The translations under genes and the position numbers were made by a program. A stretch of DNA of 64,000 nt from Candidatus Woesebacteria bacterium (GTDB lineage Bacteria; Patescibacteriota; Microgenomatia; UBA8517). This document shows positions 18,301-29,400 of the stretch, piece by piece. How positions within the stretch are numbered: the first letter of the stretch is position 1; the number at the start of each line of letters is the position of its first letter. A model generated the notes under the pieces. That model searched no databases, was not told where the DNA came from, and worked only from the letters and a program-made list of their open reading frames with translations. The stretch lies in the NCBI GenBank assembly GCA_963716475.1, contig OY970314.1, positions 74,479-138,478 of the forward strand, read 5' to 3'.

Positions 18301-19282
18301 CTCAGAAGTTTCAATTTCTCTCGGCGAGGTTCCGGGTGGGAAATGTCCTACTTCAGCGAACAGAACACCTGCATATATTGCTGCGGCACGCCTAAGAATT
18401 GTACAGACAAATGCTACCGGAATTACAAATACCAGAAACATGATTGAACTGGGAGATGGTGAAACCATTTCAACAGGTACAACAGCAACTCAGCTAACTT
18501 ACCCCAAATATTGGCTTTATACATCGGGAAATTATGACGGGACTGTTACTACGACTTTTGAAGCGACTGTTTGGAGGGCCGGTGGCAGTTCATACACCGC
18601 CTACGTATGTCTGTATTCTACAGCAGGCAGTGAGATCGGGTGTGTGAGTACCACAAGTACATCCCCGGCTTACCCGACCGCAGTAAGCGTAACCCTGTCA
18701 AACGGAACCGAATATGAAGTAAGAGTCAAAGCCAGCGCAGCCGCAAAAACTGTATATATTGCAAACGCTAAAGTTATAGTTGATCAAGCAGCGGCAGGGG
18801 GAATTACCAAATTGGAAACAGTGCAACATTATAATAACACTCTGGCAACGGAATCAACATCTTCCTATGTTTCTAAGCAATTTTTAACCGAGTTTGTTTT
18901 GGATAACTGGTATGGCGGAACGTTTGCTGCCTATTTTGAGTCGGATATAAAGACTAATAACAGTTCAAATGCCTATTATGCTCGTTTGTACGATATTTAT
19001 AATGCTACCCCTATGGGAGAGATTACAGGTAATGATACTTCCTATGTTAGAAAAACCAGTTCGGATATATGGAGTTCTCTTGCTGCGGGTGGCAATACAA
19101 TGATAGACGTTCAACTGAAAAATAATTCGACCAGCACCACCTCATCATCAAATTCTTGGTTAATCATTAAAGTAACAAATTTACAAGTGCCCGAGAAGCT
19201 TATTTTTGCCCTGCCGTTGATATCCTTAATCCCGATTATAATTAAAAAAAGGAAGGAGATTCTATTAAATAGAAATGGTTGA
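15395..19282 (+). CDS. giant multi-domain surface protein 1: IS630-like HTH repeats + processive GT2 (cellulose-synthase-like) + Ser/Thr-rich ectodomain + VPE-type exosortase sorting tail
   Basis: 1295 aa. Two HTH pairs (…ARKTIYSWLNIYK…, …SRKTIYKWLKEYKEKG…). GT2 motifs VHIPFYNEKNVVERAIE, ILCDDSTDETT, FDADFVP and QRMRWAEGH (QxxRW), plus gating-loop-like WFRTPKTGRITD. Multiple TM helices. C-terminal tail VPEKLIFALPLISLIPIIIKKRKE. Confidence 0.85.
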   Translation: MPTKEKISAVKKVLEGISVSSVASEAGVARKTIYSWLNIYKAAAKRNKKTCLLPKYVAGRAHPREYTHTLEQKTVRLIKKDPTLSVSKMAERLNAGHHAVYNLLKALKLNTEDSRLAYSRIYSYPGIFDPQIKESVARKIVNSEGKVTDISRELRVSRKTIYKWLKEYKEKGTVRNNYLKGFEHPRSLGPEAEASVLSQVVKAPELSIHALATGLNFSNHAVFNILKRNFLTQRNARIIYSQAQAIRVSEKPEAIGFIDRIKSVFETFTPNLAPAPPPGGKSKFSPLLKISLASIIVLPLFTLALVYWVNLLRSGAAGNVVGLIFATISLIMGTFFFLYSLKYYFTVALVLSRTQQEGSKSRTSIGLEPNLDHVILTKKPYISVHIPFYNEKNVVERAIEASTNFDYPEYEVILCDDSTDETTTIIRDYQKKYLSKGESLKITTNSQDGWELSHVDVRPGVTLKHLHRISREGYKGGALRLALTQTDPRAEFVSVFDADFVPYPDSLNLFLKYFKAENNMSEDYTVSKVAAVQGYQWHVLNKSENWITRGVRSEYAGSYVIERAGTEIYGGLKQISGSVYMIRRKPLEEVGWATSITEDFELTLKLYNAGYKVVYTPYIQAPAECVSTLRRLVRQRMRWAEGHSFNVKKMFAKLMFSPKLSSAEKFETVYLAPYYLQAFFFVVGTLSWFISETLLPARLPFWTELWGWSLVLTNMVALPLMNTVGMFLEESEQKDYTGILSFVALSYLVVPFQAYAAVKGFLETSEGPWFRTPKTGRITDVFARGKFYRLIRQILPRRATSFQSTYSYNYITLTTANNRFSNFKIKRSGNKYISKALLTGLTIIILLLNQLSFFAPGVLAASPNPTIEQQINFMDKLYSTTSTSAAPGDNSLGMFTWNDSKYNNATVNMDYDAGKSGNLSYGLTSVGLSLVNGTTYTPAIRYQCLAVSGIATEYAIPGLYTSGGVLVQFSEVSISLGEVPGGKCPTSANRTPAYIAAARLRIVQTNATGITNTRNMIELGDGETISTGTTATQLTYPKYWLYTSGNYDGTVTTTFEATVWRAGGSSYTAYVCLYSTAGSEIGCVSTTSTSPAYPTAVSVTLSNGTEYEVRVKASAAAKTVYIANAKVIVDQAAAGGITKLETVQHYNNTLATESTSSYVSKQFLTEFVLDNWYGGTFAAYFESDIKTNNSSNAYYARLYDIYNATPMGEITGNDTSYVRKTSSDIWSSLAAGGNTMIDVQLKNNSTSTTSSSNSWLIIKVTNLQVPEKLIFALPLISLIPIIIKKRKEILLNRNG

Positions 19283-19838
19283 AAAAAGGAAAATTATAAA
19301 TATTTTGCTTATAGCCAGCCTAATTTTGGCTTTACTGCCTTTTTATGTGAGCTTTCAGGATTTACTTACAAATATAGTTATGAAGGTAAATTTGTATAAA
19401 GCTTTACAAAACACAATTGTGCCATATGAAATGAAAGTGGTAGGCGGAATTATAAACCTGTTACGTTTTCCGATTAGCGCAGGCAGTAGTTATTTTTCAT
19501 GGAATATAGCCAATGGTAAAAAAGAAGCAGTCTATTTGGCCTGGAACTGTATTGGTTGGCAGACTATGATACTGTTTTTGGTGACATTAGTTACAGGTTT
19601 TTCAAAAAGACACCTCTTAAGTTCAAAAATTGAAGCTATTTTAATAGGAGCGCTAGGGACATATATAATAAACATTGTAAGGATTACTGTTGTTATTTTG
19701 ATCTATTTCTGGTTTGGCCGGGGGTTTGGAATAATATTCCACGATTACTTCTCATCTCTAATTACAATATTCTGGTTAATAGGGTATTGGCTGTTTGTTT
19801 ATAAACATACCCTAATAGAAAAATCCGTCGAAGAGTAG
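19275..19838 (+). CDS. mini exosortase/archaeosortase-like polytopic membrane protein (cassette 1)
   Basis: 187 aa, about 5 TM. Conserved WNCIGWQ (Cys), NIVRITV (Arg) and IFHDYF (His) shared with the two paralogues downstream of the other giant genes. Its ATG overlaps the giant gene's end by 8 nt. Confidence 0.7.
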   Translation: MVEKRKIINILLIASLILALLPFYVSFQDLLTNIVMKVNLYKALQNTIVPYEMKVVGGIINLLRFPISAGSSYFSWNIANGKKEAVYLAWNCIGWQTMILFLVTLVTGFSKRHLLSSKIEAILIGALGTYIINIVRITVVILIYFWFGRGFGIIFHDYFSSLITIFWLIGYWLFVYKHTLIEKSVEE

Positions 19839-20437
19839 CGGAACAGGTTGTTTTGGTAAAAATATTCTTCCACAATACACAAGACATGGATGTATTGATT
19901 AACCTAATTGGTTGTCGTTTTCTGGTGGCTTTCGTATAGATATATTTTGGAAGATAAGGAAAGCACGGGAAAGGATATAGTTGAGGTTTGAGCATATATT
20001 TTACTCCATCATATATGCCGTATAGATGGGATTTACTGTCAATCCACTGGTTAAAGTGAACACCAAACCAAGGGAAATTTCTTCATCAATATAGGTTGTA
20101 TTATTTAACGAAACCGGCTGACATTTGACCCAAATCCGGAAGAATAATCTCTAACCAATCATCGTTTTTAAATGATTCTTTTGAGGCCGGATCAACAGCT
20201 TTCTGACTATCTGTGGGTTGAGAATTCGATGGGAATGACTTTTCTGAGCCAGCATAAAGACCTGGCCATGCACACCCAGGAAGTACAAAGACCGATAGTA
20301 TATAATCTCCGCACCGATAGTATATTTGAGGCCAATTGTATCTTCATTTCGTGCCTGTTTCGACTTTTTTGTCTATGTCCAGCCTGGCCGTGAGGCCGAA
20401 TTTATCCACCGCCATTTTATGAGCCTGTAGTTAGTAC

Positions 20438-20473
20438 TTGACAGGTGTTAGGATGGTTGGTAACAATGAATAT
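20438..20473 (+). promoter_or_regulatory. sigma-70-like promoter upstream of giant gene 2
   Basis: TTGACA (20438) -N17- TAACAAT, then ATG 20474. The ORF track's TTG start at 20438 is this -35 box. Confidence 0.4.
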
Positions 20474-23400
20474 ATGCCCTTTTCCGAAGCTAAAAGAGAA
20501 AAGATCGTTTTATCCGTACTAAAGGATAATATTGCGGTTTCGGAAGTCTCCAGAAACTACTCTGTTGCCCGAAAAACTATTTACTCTTGGATAAAGAGGT
20601 ATAAAAAGGGAAGTCTTGCTCCACTATATACAAAGGGCAGGAAACACCCGGCGGCCGTATACCCGAAAGCCTATTCTTATATAAGTAGATGGGCTGTAGG
20701 GCACCCCAAGTGGGGATGCCGCACTTTGAGTAAAAGATTAAATGAAAAAGGAATCAGCTTGAGCTACGTTCAGGTTAACAGATTGTTGAACACAATCGGA
20801 GCGGAGACTTATGACAGAAGGTTGAATTATGCCAGAAACTTTGCCGGTCCGGGGAGAACCAGGGAGGATGTCAGGCTTGAAATTGTCAAAAAGGCCGTTA
20901 CCGGGAAAATTTCCATTACAACTCTTTCCGAAAACTACAAAGTTGCCCGTAAGACCATATATAAATGGATAGCGAAATACCGGGCCATTGGTAACATTAA
21001 AGATTCGTACGTCGTTGGTGAGGCTCATCCCAAGGCAATCTACCCGAAAATTACGCAGCAAGTACTCGACTTGGTCGTTACAAACCCCGGTTATTCGGTA
21101 CGCACTCTGGCTAAATCATTTCCGGCATCCTCTTGGACCATCTGGAGTATTTTAAATAGAAATAATCTGAATACATATAATTTAAGGCTCGAATATTCCA
21201 GGAATATATCTGAGGCTGCCGAAGAGAAAGTCTCGACAACGGGAGTTTCCGAAAGGATAAGATCTGTTTTTGAAAGCTTTACTCCAAATCTGGCTCCGGC
21301 CCCGCCTCCGGGGAAACGTAAAATCTTCAACTTCTTCATTATTTCAGTCTTCCTCTTATCAATATCCTTAGCAATTTTCTATTGGGGATCCGTAATTGTT
21401 CACGCTCCGAATATTGCCGGGTCCATAGGCATGATTTTTGCAGGCGTCTCACTGTCACTCGGAATGTTTTTCTTCCTTTATTCTCTTAAATACTATATTT
21501 CTACAGCGATAGTGCTTTCATATTCACAGAAAGAGGGCTTAGATGCCTCGAGAGTAAGCGCTACCGGCTTAAACTCAGACCTCAGTAACATTCATCTTGA
21601 ACGGCATCCTTATGTCTCGGTTCATCTGGCTCTCTATAACGAGAAGAATGTGGTGGAAAGACTGATGAAAGCAGCTACTTCTTTCGATTACGACAATTAT
21701 GAAGTAATCATCGCGGATGACTCAACTGATGAAACCACCGACAAAATCAGGGAGTTTCTGAAAACATTCCTTCCTAAAGGTGAATCGCTTCGGCAAACCA
21801 AAGGGGACGGGTGGGCAATGACAGAAGTTGACATAAGGAGCGGGGTTGTCTTTAAACATGTCCATAGAACCACAAGGATGGGTTATAAAGGGGGAGCGCT
21901 GAAGCTTGCCCTTTCTCTTACCGACCCGAAAGCTGAATTTGTTTCTGTCTTTGATGCCGATTTTGTGCCTTACCCAGATTCCCTGATGCTATTTCTTAAA
22001 TACTTCAAACTACAGAATAATGGATCAGAAGACTACAAAACAAGTAATACTGCATCAGTTCAGGGCTATCAGTGGCACGTACTTAATAAATCAGAAAACT
22101 GGATTACTAGGGGAGTCAGAAGTGAGTATGCAGGTAGCTACGTAATAGAAAGAGCCGGAACCGAAATCTACAAAGGCCTAAAGCAAATCTCGGGATCAGT
22201 TTACATGATCAGGCGCGATGTTTTGGAAGGAATAGGTTGGGGTACTTCTATCACTGAGGACTTTGAGCTTACCCTGAAACTCTACGAAAAAGGCTACAAA
22301 GTGGTTTATACGCCGTATATTCAGGCTCCGGCTGAATGCGTATCGACCCTAAGAAGACTTGTCAGACAACGTATGCGTTGGGCGGAAGGACATTCTTTCA
22401 ATGTCAAAAAGATGTTCGCAAAGCTTATGTTCTCTCCAAAACTTTCTTCCGCCGAGAAGTTTGAAACGGTTTATCTTGCCCCTTACTATCTACAGGCATT
22501 ATTCTTCCTCATCGGAACTCTCTCCTGGTTCATTTCGGAAACCATTTTACCCGCCCGCCTTCCTTTCTGGACAGAGCTTTGGGGATGGAGTTTGGTTCTG
22601 ACCAATATGATTTCACTGCCGCTTCTAAACACAGTCGGACTTTTCTTAGAGGAATCGGACAGAAAGGATTACTCGGGTATTCCATCTTTTATAGCTCTTT
22701 CATATATAGTTGTTCCGTTTCAGGCCTATGCGGCTGTAAAAGGCTTTCTGGAGAAGGAGGAAGGACCATGGTTTAGAACTCCGAAAACCGGCCGCATTAC
22801 GGATGTTTTCAAAAGAGGTAAGTTCTACAAATTTATTTCCGGGATCTTGCCGGGGAAGGCTGCCGGTTCTGCCACGAGTTATGATCTAAGTCCTTATCTT
22901 GCCCTGACCTCAGCCAATAATAGATTCAGCTCGTTCTCCATTCAAACAAGAAAAGGCAGAAGGTGGGTGGGAAAACTAATGCTAACCTCAATGCTTATTA
23001 TTTCCAATCTTCTTCTTTCTTTTTCTCCTTATATTGAATCAAGGGACGGCAACAGCCAACCTCCTCCGGGAACAGGTATTCTTATGGATGGCAGTACAAA
23101 AGGATCGGGAGGCAAGGTCAATTTAACTCCTGAGCAGCAGCAGTCTTTGGACAAATCGATTAAAGCGAATAACCAAAAAACAAGCTTTAAACTGGTTAGC
23201 GATGTCTCGGCAGCAGAAATATCCGGAGGCAGTGAGGTGAACACCTCCTTTGATGTTAAAAAGAAAGACCTTGAACTTAGCGGGGGAAATACCACCTTTA
23301 CAACTGATGAAAATCCCCAATTTACCTTAAAGCAGAACGACGGTTTTTGGGAATTTATCAAGAATATTTTCATTAAAGAAAAACCCTTGAAAGATCAGGT

Positions 23401-26400
23401 TGTTGTAACAGTTTTGGACTTAAAAGGTAAGGAGGTGGGAAGCCCGCAGGTGGTAGAAGGTGGAATTGATGATTTAAGTATAAATCTTGACAAAACAACC
23501 CTTACTCCGGGCGGATATACTCTTGAGATCAAAAGTGGGAGTAGCCCCGTTATCACCCAGGATTTCAGTTGGGGAGTGCTGGCAATAAATACCAATAAGT
23601 CGGTATATAGTCCGGGTGAAGACGCCTCCATTTCAATGGGGGTTCTTAATGAAGTTGGAGAAACGCTTTGTAGCGCGGGACTAACGCTTGATATTACAGA
23701 CACGGCAGGCACAGTTACCGCTTTAACCACAAAGGAGGGCACCATTAAAGTCAGCGATGAATGCAGCCTCAAGGGCTTCAGCCTGAAACCCGACTATGAA
23801 GCAGCCTACAAAACAACGGTTGCAGGAAAGTACAGCATGGTTCTGACTGCAGAGACTCTTAACGGCAAATATGTTATCAAGGGTTGGTTTGAGGCAAAAG
23901 ACTCGGTCGATTTTGACGTCGAAACGATTACGGCCTCCAGAATTAATCCGGTTTATGAATACCCGGTTATTTTTATAGTTAAGGCGGGTAAAGACTACAA
24001 TGGCATTGTTGAAGAAAAAGTCCCGGCCGGCTTTGAAATCAGTAAACTCAACGACTTAAAGTTGAATAACTATCTGGATTCTAAAGGGGAAAGTACGGCA
24101 AGCGGTAAACTTCAGGAGACACTGGTTAATGACGGTTCACAGGAGGCGGGACAAAAAACACTCCGTTGGATTGTTGACTGGAAAAAAGACCAGACTTATG
24201 TTCTTGCATACGCTTTTAAAGCGCCGATGGTCAGTCCAGAATTTTATCTACTCGGGCCGCTCTGGATCGGGGCATATGAGGGAGCGGGAGGTTGGCAGAT
24301 AGCCGCGGATAAGGTCCCTGCTGGGATTATTGTCGGTTGGCCGTCAACTGTAGCCTCAATTCCTAATCACTGGAGCAGGGTTTCAGGCGCGGCTCTTGAC
24401 GGGTACTTTTTAAGATCAGTAACAGCAACTGATCCGTCGGGTACTCCCGGAGGAAATGCCAGCCATACTCATTCACCGGCGAGTCATACTCATTCCGTTC
24501 CTGTCCATACACATACAGTTCCCGCTTTTGCCCAATCAACCAATACTTCGGCAACGACGGGTAACTCTACGGGTTCCGCCCGTGATACTCATACTCATGC
24601 GGCATTTAGTTCCGGAAATTCCAACGTAACCGTCAATAATGCCCAGACGGTTCCTTTTGCGGGACTTTCCAATGACCCCGATAATTCAACCGTCATCTGG
24701 ATCCAGTCGGACGGAGACCCGTCTACCGAAATTCCGGTAGGGTCTTATGTTTACTTTGACTCAAACACCATGCCGGGAGCCAACTGGGGTAGAGTAAAGG
24801 GAAATTACTTCCTTAAAGGTGCGGCAACGGGTTTAGGGGGAGGAACCGATACGGTAACAGGTTCCGCAACTCATACCCACGCCGCCTCAGCCGACCATAC
24901 CCATACTGAGGCTGCCCATACCCATTCAGGGAGCTCGGCAGGAGGTTCACTTGCTGTTTCCAGTACGGGAACTGGGTCTTACTCTCCGAGTGGCCATACA
25001 CATACCGTTACCTCAAGCTCCGTTGCGGCAACGGAGGGAGGAGCATCGGTAACCCCGACAGTCGGAGTGGCCGCTCCCTCGGGAGAACCTCCTTGGTACA
25101 AACTTAATATCATTAGTAAGTCTACAGGTGCTAATGAAACTCCTTTAAATGTCATTGCCATGTGGACCGGAACTCTGGCAACAATTCCCGACGGTTGGGT
25201 AATTTGTGACGGAACAAATGGAACTCCAAACCTGGGTACAAACTTTATCAAAGGCGCAAATGCCGACGGGGAGCTCAATACCACCGGGGGTTCCCTTACC
25301 CACACTCATGGGGCAGGCAATACCCATACACATACAATAAATGCTCACGTACACACCTGGACGGTTGGAGCTGCCTCCGGAACCGGTGTTGGATTAACGG
25401 GAAATGGAAGATCAGCCGTGGTCAGTACTCATACACATACCCTCAGCGCTGCGCAAACATCAAGTGGCGGAGGTTCAACAGGAACGGCAACTATTACGGC
25501 CGACTCGCAATCTAATCTTCCTCTCTACAAAGAGGTTGCCTACATTATGTATATCGGTAAGACTGTTGCCGGTAAAGCCTATTCGGATGAAGCAACCAGT
25601 ATCTGGGCCGGTTGTGACAACTCGACTGCCAGAATAAGTTTGGTAGTTAACGGCGGTACAGCCTCCACAACCTCATGCAGCAGTTCAGACGGATCTTTCA
25701 GTTTCAAGAATGTTACTCACGCGACAGATAATCCAATATCGGTATTTTTTAATACCGCAGGTAGCAATGCCGACAAAGGTGTGGCAGTTACTATCGCCAA
25801 CGATGCCACTACTCCGATTACCCTTAATCCCAGAAAAAATATTGTCTGGATGAGGAGTGAGAAAGCAACACCGACCATTACCAACTCCAATCTGGCTCAT
25901 TGTTATGCCTCAACCCCCGCAAGCTGTGCCAATGTCCCGTATTCTGCTTCGGGAGCCAATATAACCCTAACTACTGGAGTTGAGCTTCATGTAGAAAGCA
26001 GTATGACATATGATCCCGGGGGAACCACTGCAACCACCGGTACCGGAAGTCTGCATGTGGATGACAATGCTGTCGCATACTTGGATACTACTGGCAATAC
26101 CATTGCTAATAATATTTTAGTGGATGCCGGGGCGACCATTCATATTGATGCCAGTACGGCAGTAAACGGGGGAAATATCACGGTTACAGGTAACGGAATA
26201 GTATCTTCAGCCGCCGGAACCGTAACTATGGGGGCAAGCGGAACCATTGGGGGAGGATCAACAGGATCTACCTTCCAGTTAACAGATCTTGTTGTTTCTT
26301 CGGGGACTACAACCCTGGGGACGGATGCCGACAATATACTGGACTTTACCGGGGATATCAACGTTTCGGCCGGAGCCGTGCTTGCCATGAACAATAAAAC

Positions 26401-29400
26401 CGCTAATGTAGACGGAGGAAATCTGACGACAACTTCTACCGGGTCAGTTACCTGTTCAGGTTGTACGACTGGCGGTTTAACAATTTCAGGAGTCGGAACA
26501 ACAAATGGTATAGGCGGGGGAGGTGGAGCTATAACTTTATACAACCTGACACTTGACGGATCAACCAATACCACAACAGTCGGGTCAAGCGCCATTACGG
26601 TAACCAATGATGTAACAATAGGTACGGGAAGAACCCTGTCAGGAGCCGCATCAGGAACAATCTATGTGGGACACAACTGGGCCAACAGCGGCACTTACAA
26701 TGCCAACTCGGGAACTATTAATTTAAATGCAGCAGCCGATACTGTTCAACAGATAACAGGTGCGACCACATTTTATAATTTATATGTAGCTACTGGAGAT
26801 AGGATTATTAAATTTGGTTCATCAACCGCTTTTACCATTGATACCGGAGGAACCTTTACGGCAACAGGGGATTCCTGTTCGGCACTTGTGGTAATCCGTT
26901 CAACCACTTCCGGGAGTGCCGCAACAATTACCAAGACAGGTTCCGTTTCCTTCTCATATATAGATATACAGGATATCAACTTTTCGGCTTCTGCCTCGGC
27001 TTCTAATTCAGTCGATTCCGGAAACAACAGTAGTATCGTCATTGCAGCCAATAGCTGTCTTGGTGCATCAACCAATAACCAAGCCGCAACAGGTCATTCA
27101 TTCCAGAGAAAAGTATTCTATGATTCCGGGAATAATGTCTACTGGGGTTTCTACCATGACGGAACCCAGATCGAAGTCAGGTATTCATCAAATAGTGGCT
27201 CTACTTGGAATGTAGAAAATGACCATCTGGTACAAAATACCAACGACTTTTCCGTCTGGGACCAGACAATCTCCTCCTACTACGTCTTTTTGGCAGCCAA
27301 AAGCAGCGACAGTATTGTCTTAAGAAGAGGAACAATAACTTCAGGTGCAATCTCATGGGACAGTGAAACAACTCCGGTTACAGCCTTTACGGGGACGGGT
27401 TCAGGCGATTCTTATTCCTATCCCTATATCTCTGCCGATTCATCCGGTAATCTCTGGGTGGGAGCCAGATATTTTAACGGATCAAGTTATGTCTACAAAG
27501 CAGTCAAAAGTAACAATGCAGGAAGTGCTACCTGGACAAACGCTGCTTTTACCTGGGGAGATCCTTCTCAAATCTCTAATGATCAAGCCGACCCTAACGT
27601 TTTTGGCAATGTAGTATCCATAGGCTCGCTGAATATGTACGCAACATTCGTAGTAGGTACAACTATCAAAGGCTGTAAATACACCAATTCTCCTCCTGCC
27701 TGGAAGAATTCAGCAGGGACAGATTCATGCGTAACAACCGAGGGTAGTGGCGGCGGGGAGTCAACATATTTTGATAGCTTAAGTACCGGGTTAGTTGCGT
27801 ACTGGAAAATGAATGAAACTTCCTGGACAGGAGCGAGTAACGAGGTGGTTGATTCATCAGGCAACGGTAACAATGGAACTCGTGTAGGCGATGCAACAAC
27901 AACGGCTGCAGGGTTTTATAGGTCAGGAACGTTCGATGGGACGGGAGATAGGGTTTCTGTTCCTGACAAGACAGACTGGACATTATCGTCCGGAATAGAT
28001 CTGACATATTCAACCTGGATTAATTATACCGTATTGCCGGGGAGCACCAATTGGCCTGGTATTGTTGAAGGAGGTGATGATATGTATGGTTTCCAAATGA
28101 ATGGGCCCACTACCGGGAATATAGTTGTAGATTGGTGGGACGGTACTGTTGACCATACATCATCTTCGCAGGCTGTATCTGTCGGTACCTGGTATCATGT
28201 CGTGATAACTTTAGATTTTGGTGTAACTAATGGTTCCCATTGGTATTTTAACGGTAGAGACCTTGGAACTTTTACCGCACAAGATCGCAGTGTAAATCCT
28301 GATGCACTATATATCGGAGGTAGTGTTACCAATCCCGTTTCAAACAACGCTGTTAATGGAAAGATTGACGATCTGAGAATTTATAACAGGCTACTCTCTG
28401 GTGAAGAGGTTGCCAAACTTTATCAATATGCCCCGGATAGAGTCAATATCGACGATGCCAGTGATTTTAATGCTCCGTCCGGTAGACAAGTTGTTAGAGC
28501 GAAAAACGGGGATTTGTATACTTTTGTCAATGATGCGGGGACATGTGGGGTATGGAAGTCAACTGATGGAGCAAGTTGGTCAGAACAGGATAGTACTCAT
28601 CATAAAACTTGTATGAGTTATTCGGGGGTATCAATAGCGATTGATTCAACTGATAAGTTACATCTTTTATACGCTTCAGGATCCAACACCTTACAATATG
28701 ACACGTTTACTGCCGGGGCTTTTTCTATTCTTAATGAAAATATTTATAATGATGTTGGTGGCAATGGGCTAGGGGGTTTTGATATTGCTGTTGATGCAAA
28801 TAATATTCCCCACGTAGTCTATGTATACATAGACACGTTTACCGATAATCAACTTGGTTACGATAACCGTGTAGGTGGCGCTTGGAATGGTTCAGATGCT
28901 AACCCCGATACTGATAGTGTCGGATTGCTGTCTCCAACAATAGAGATTAATGAAACTGGGTATCCGGAAGTCTCATATATAAAGGCTAGTACTGGGGTTT
29001 TAGTGGCTAAGGCGGGAAACGGAAATGACCCCAATTTATGGGCAGGTTATAGTATAGATACGAGCGTTAATGTTACTGGCGGTCAGGGGGGTGCTTCAAT
29101 TGCAGTAGACACCTTGACCGGTAATACGTGGATAGCGTATGTCGACGGGGATAACGATATTTCTTTGGCAAAATATTCAGGGACGGATTATTCCGGATGG
29201 GAGACAGCCGGTAACTGGGCCACCGTGACCAGTAAAAGCGACGATGGGTACGACCCGTCAATTGCCATTACCGGACCTTCCGATATTTATGTTTTTTATC
29301 AGGATGATGGGGTGGCGGATAACGGAACTAATAAAAGGATCTCTTACGATATATATGATTCGATAGGAGAAGATTGGGCCGGGGAAGTTCCCCTACAAAC

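Noticed and set aside
20172-20393. 73-aa ORF and 77-aa minus ORF (19762-19995) in the 600-bp gap before giant gene 2
   Set aside because: They have no motifs and lie in an AT-rich promoter-containing intergenic region. They are more likely non-coding.
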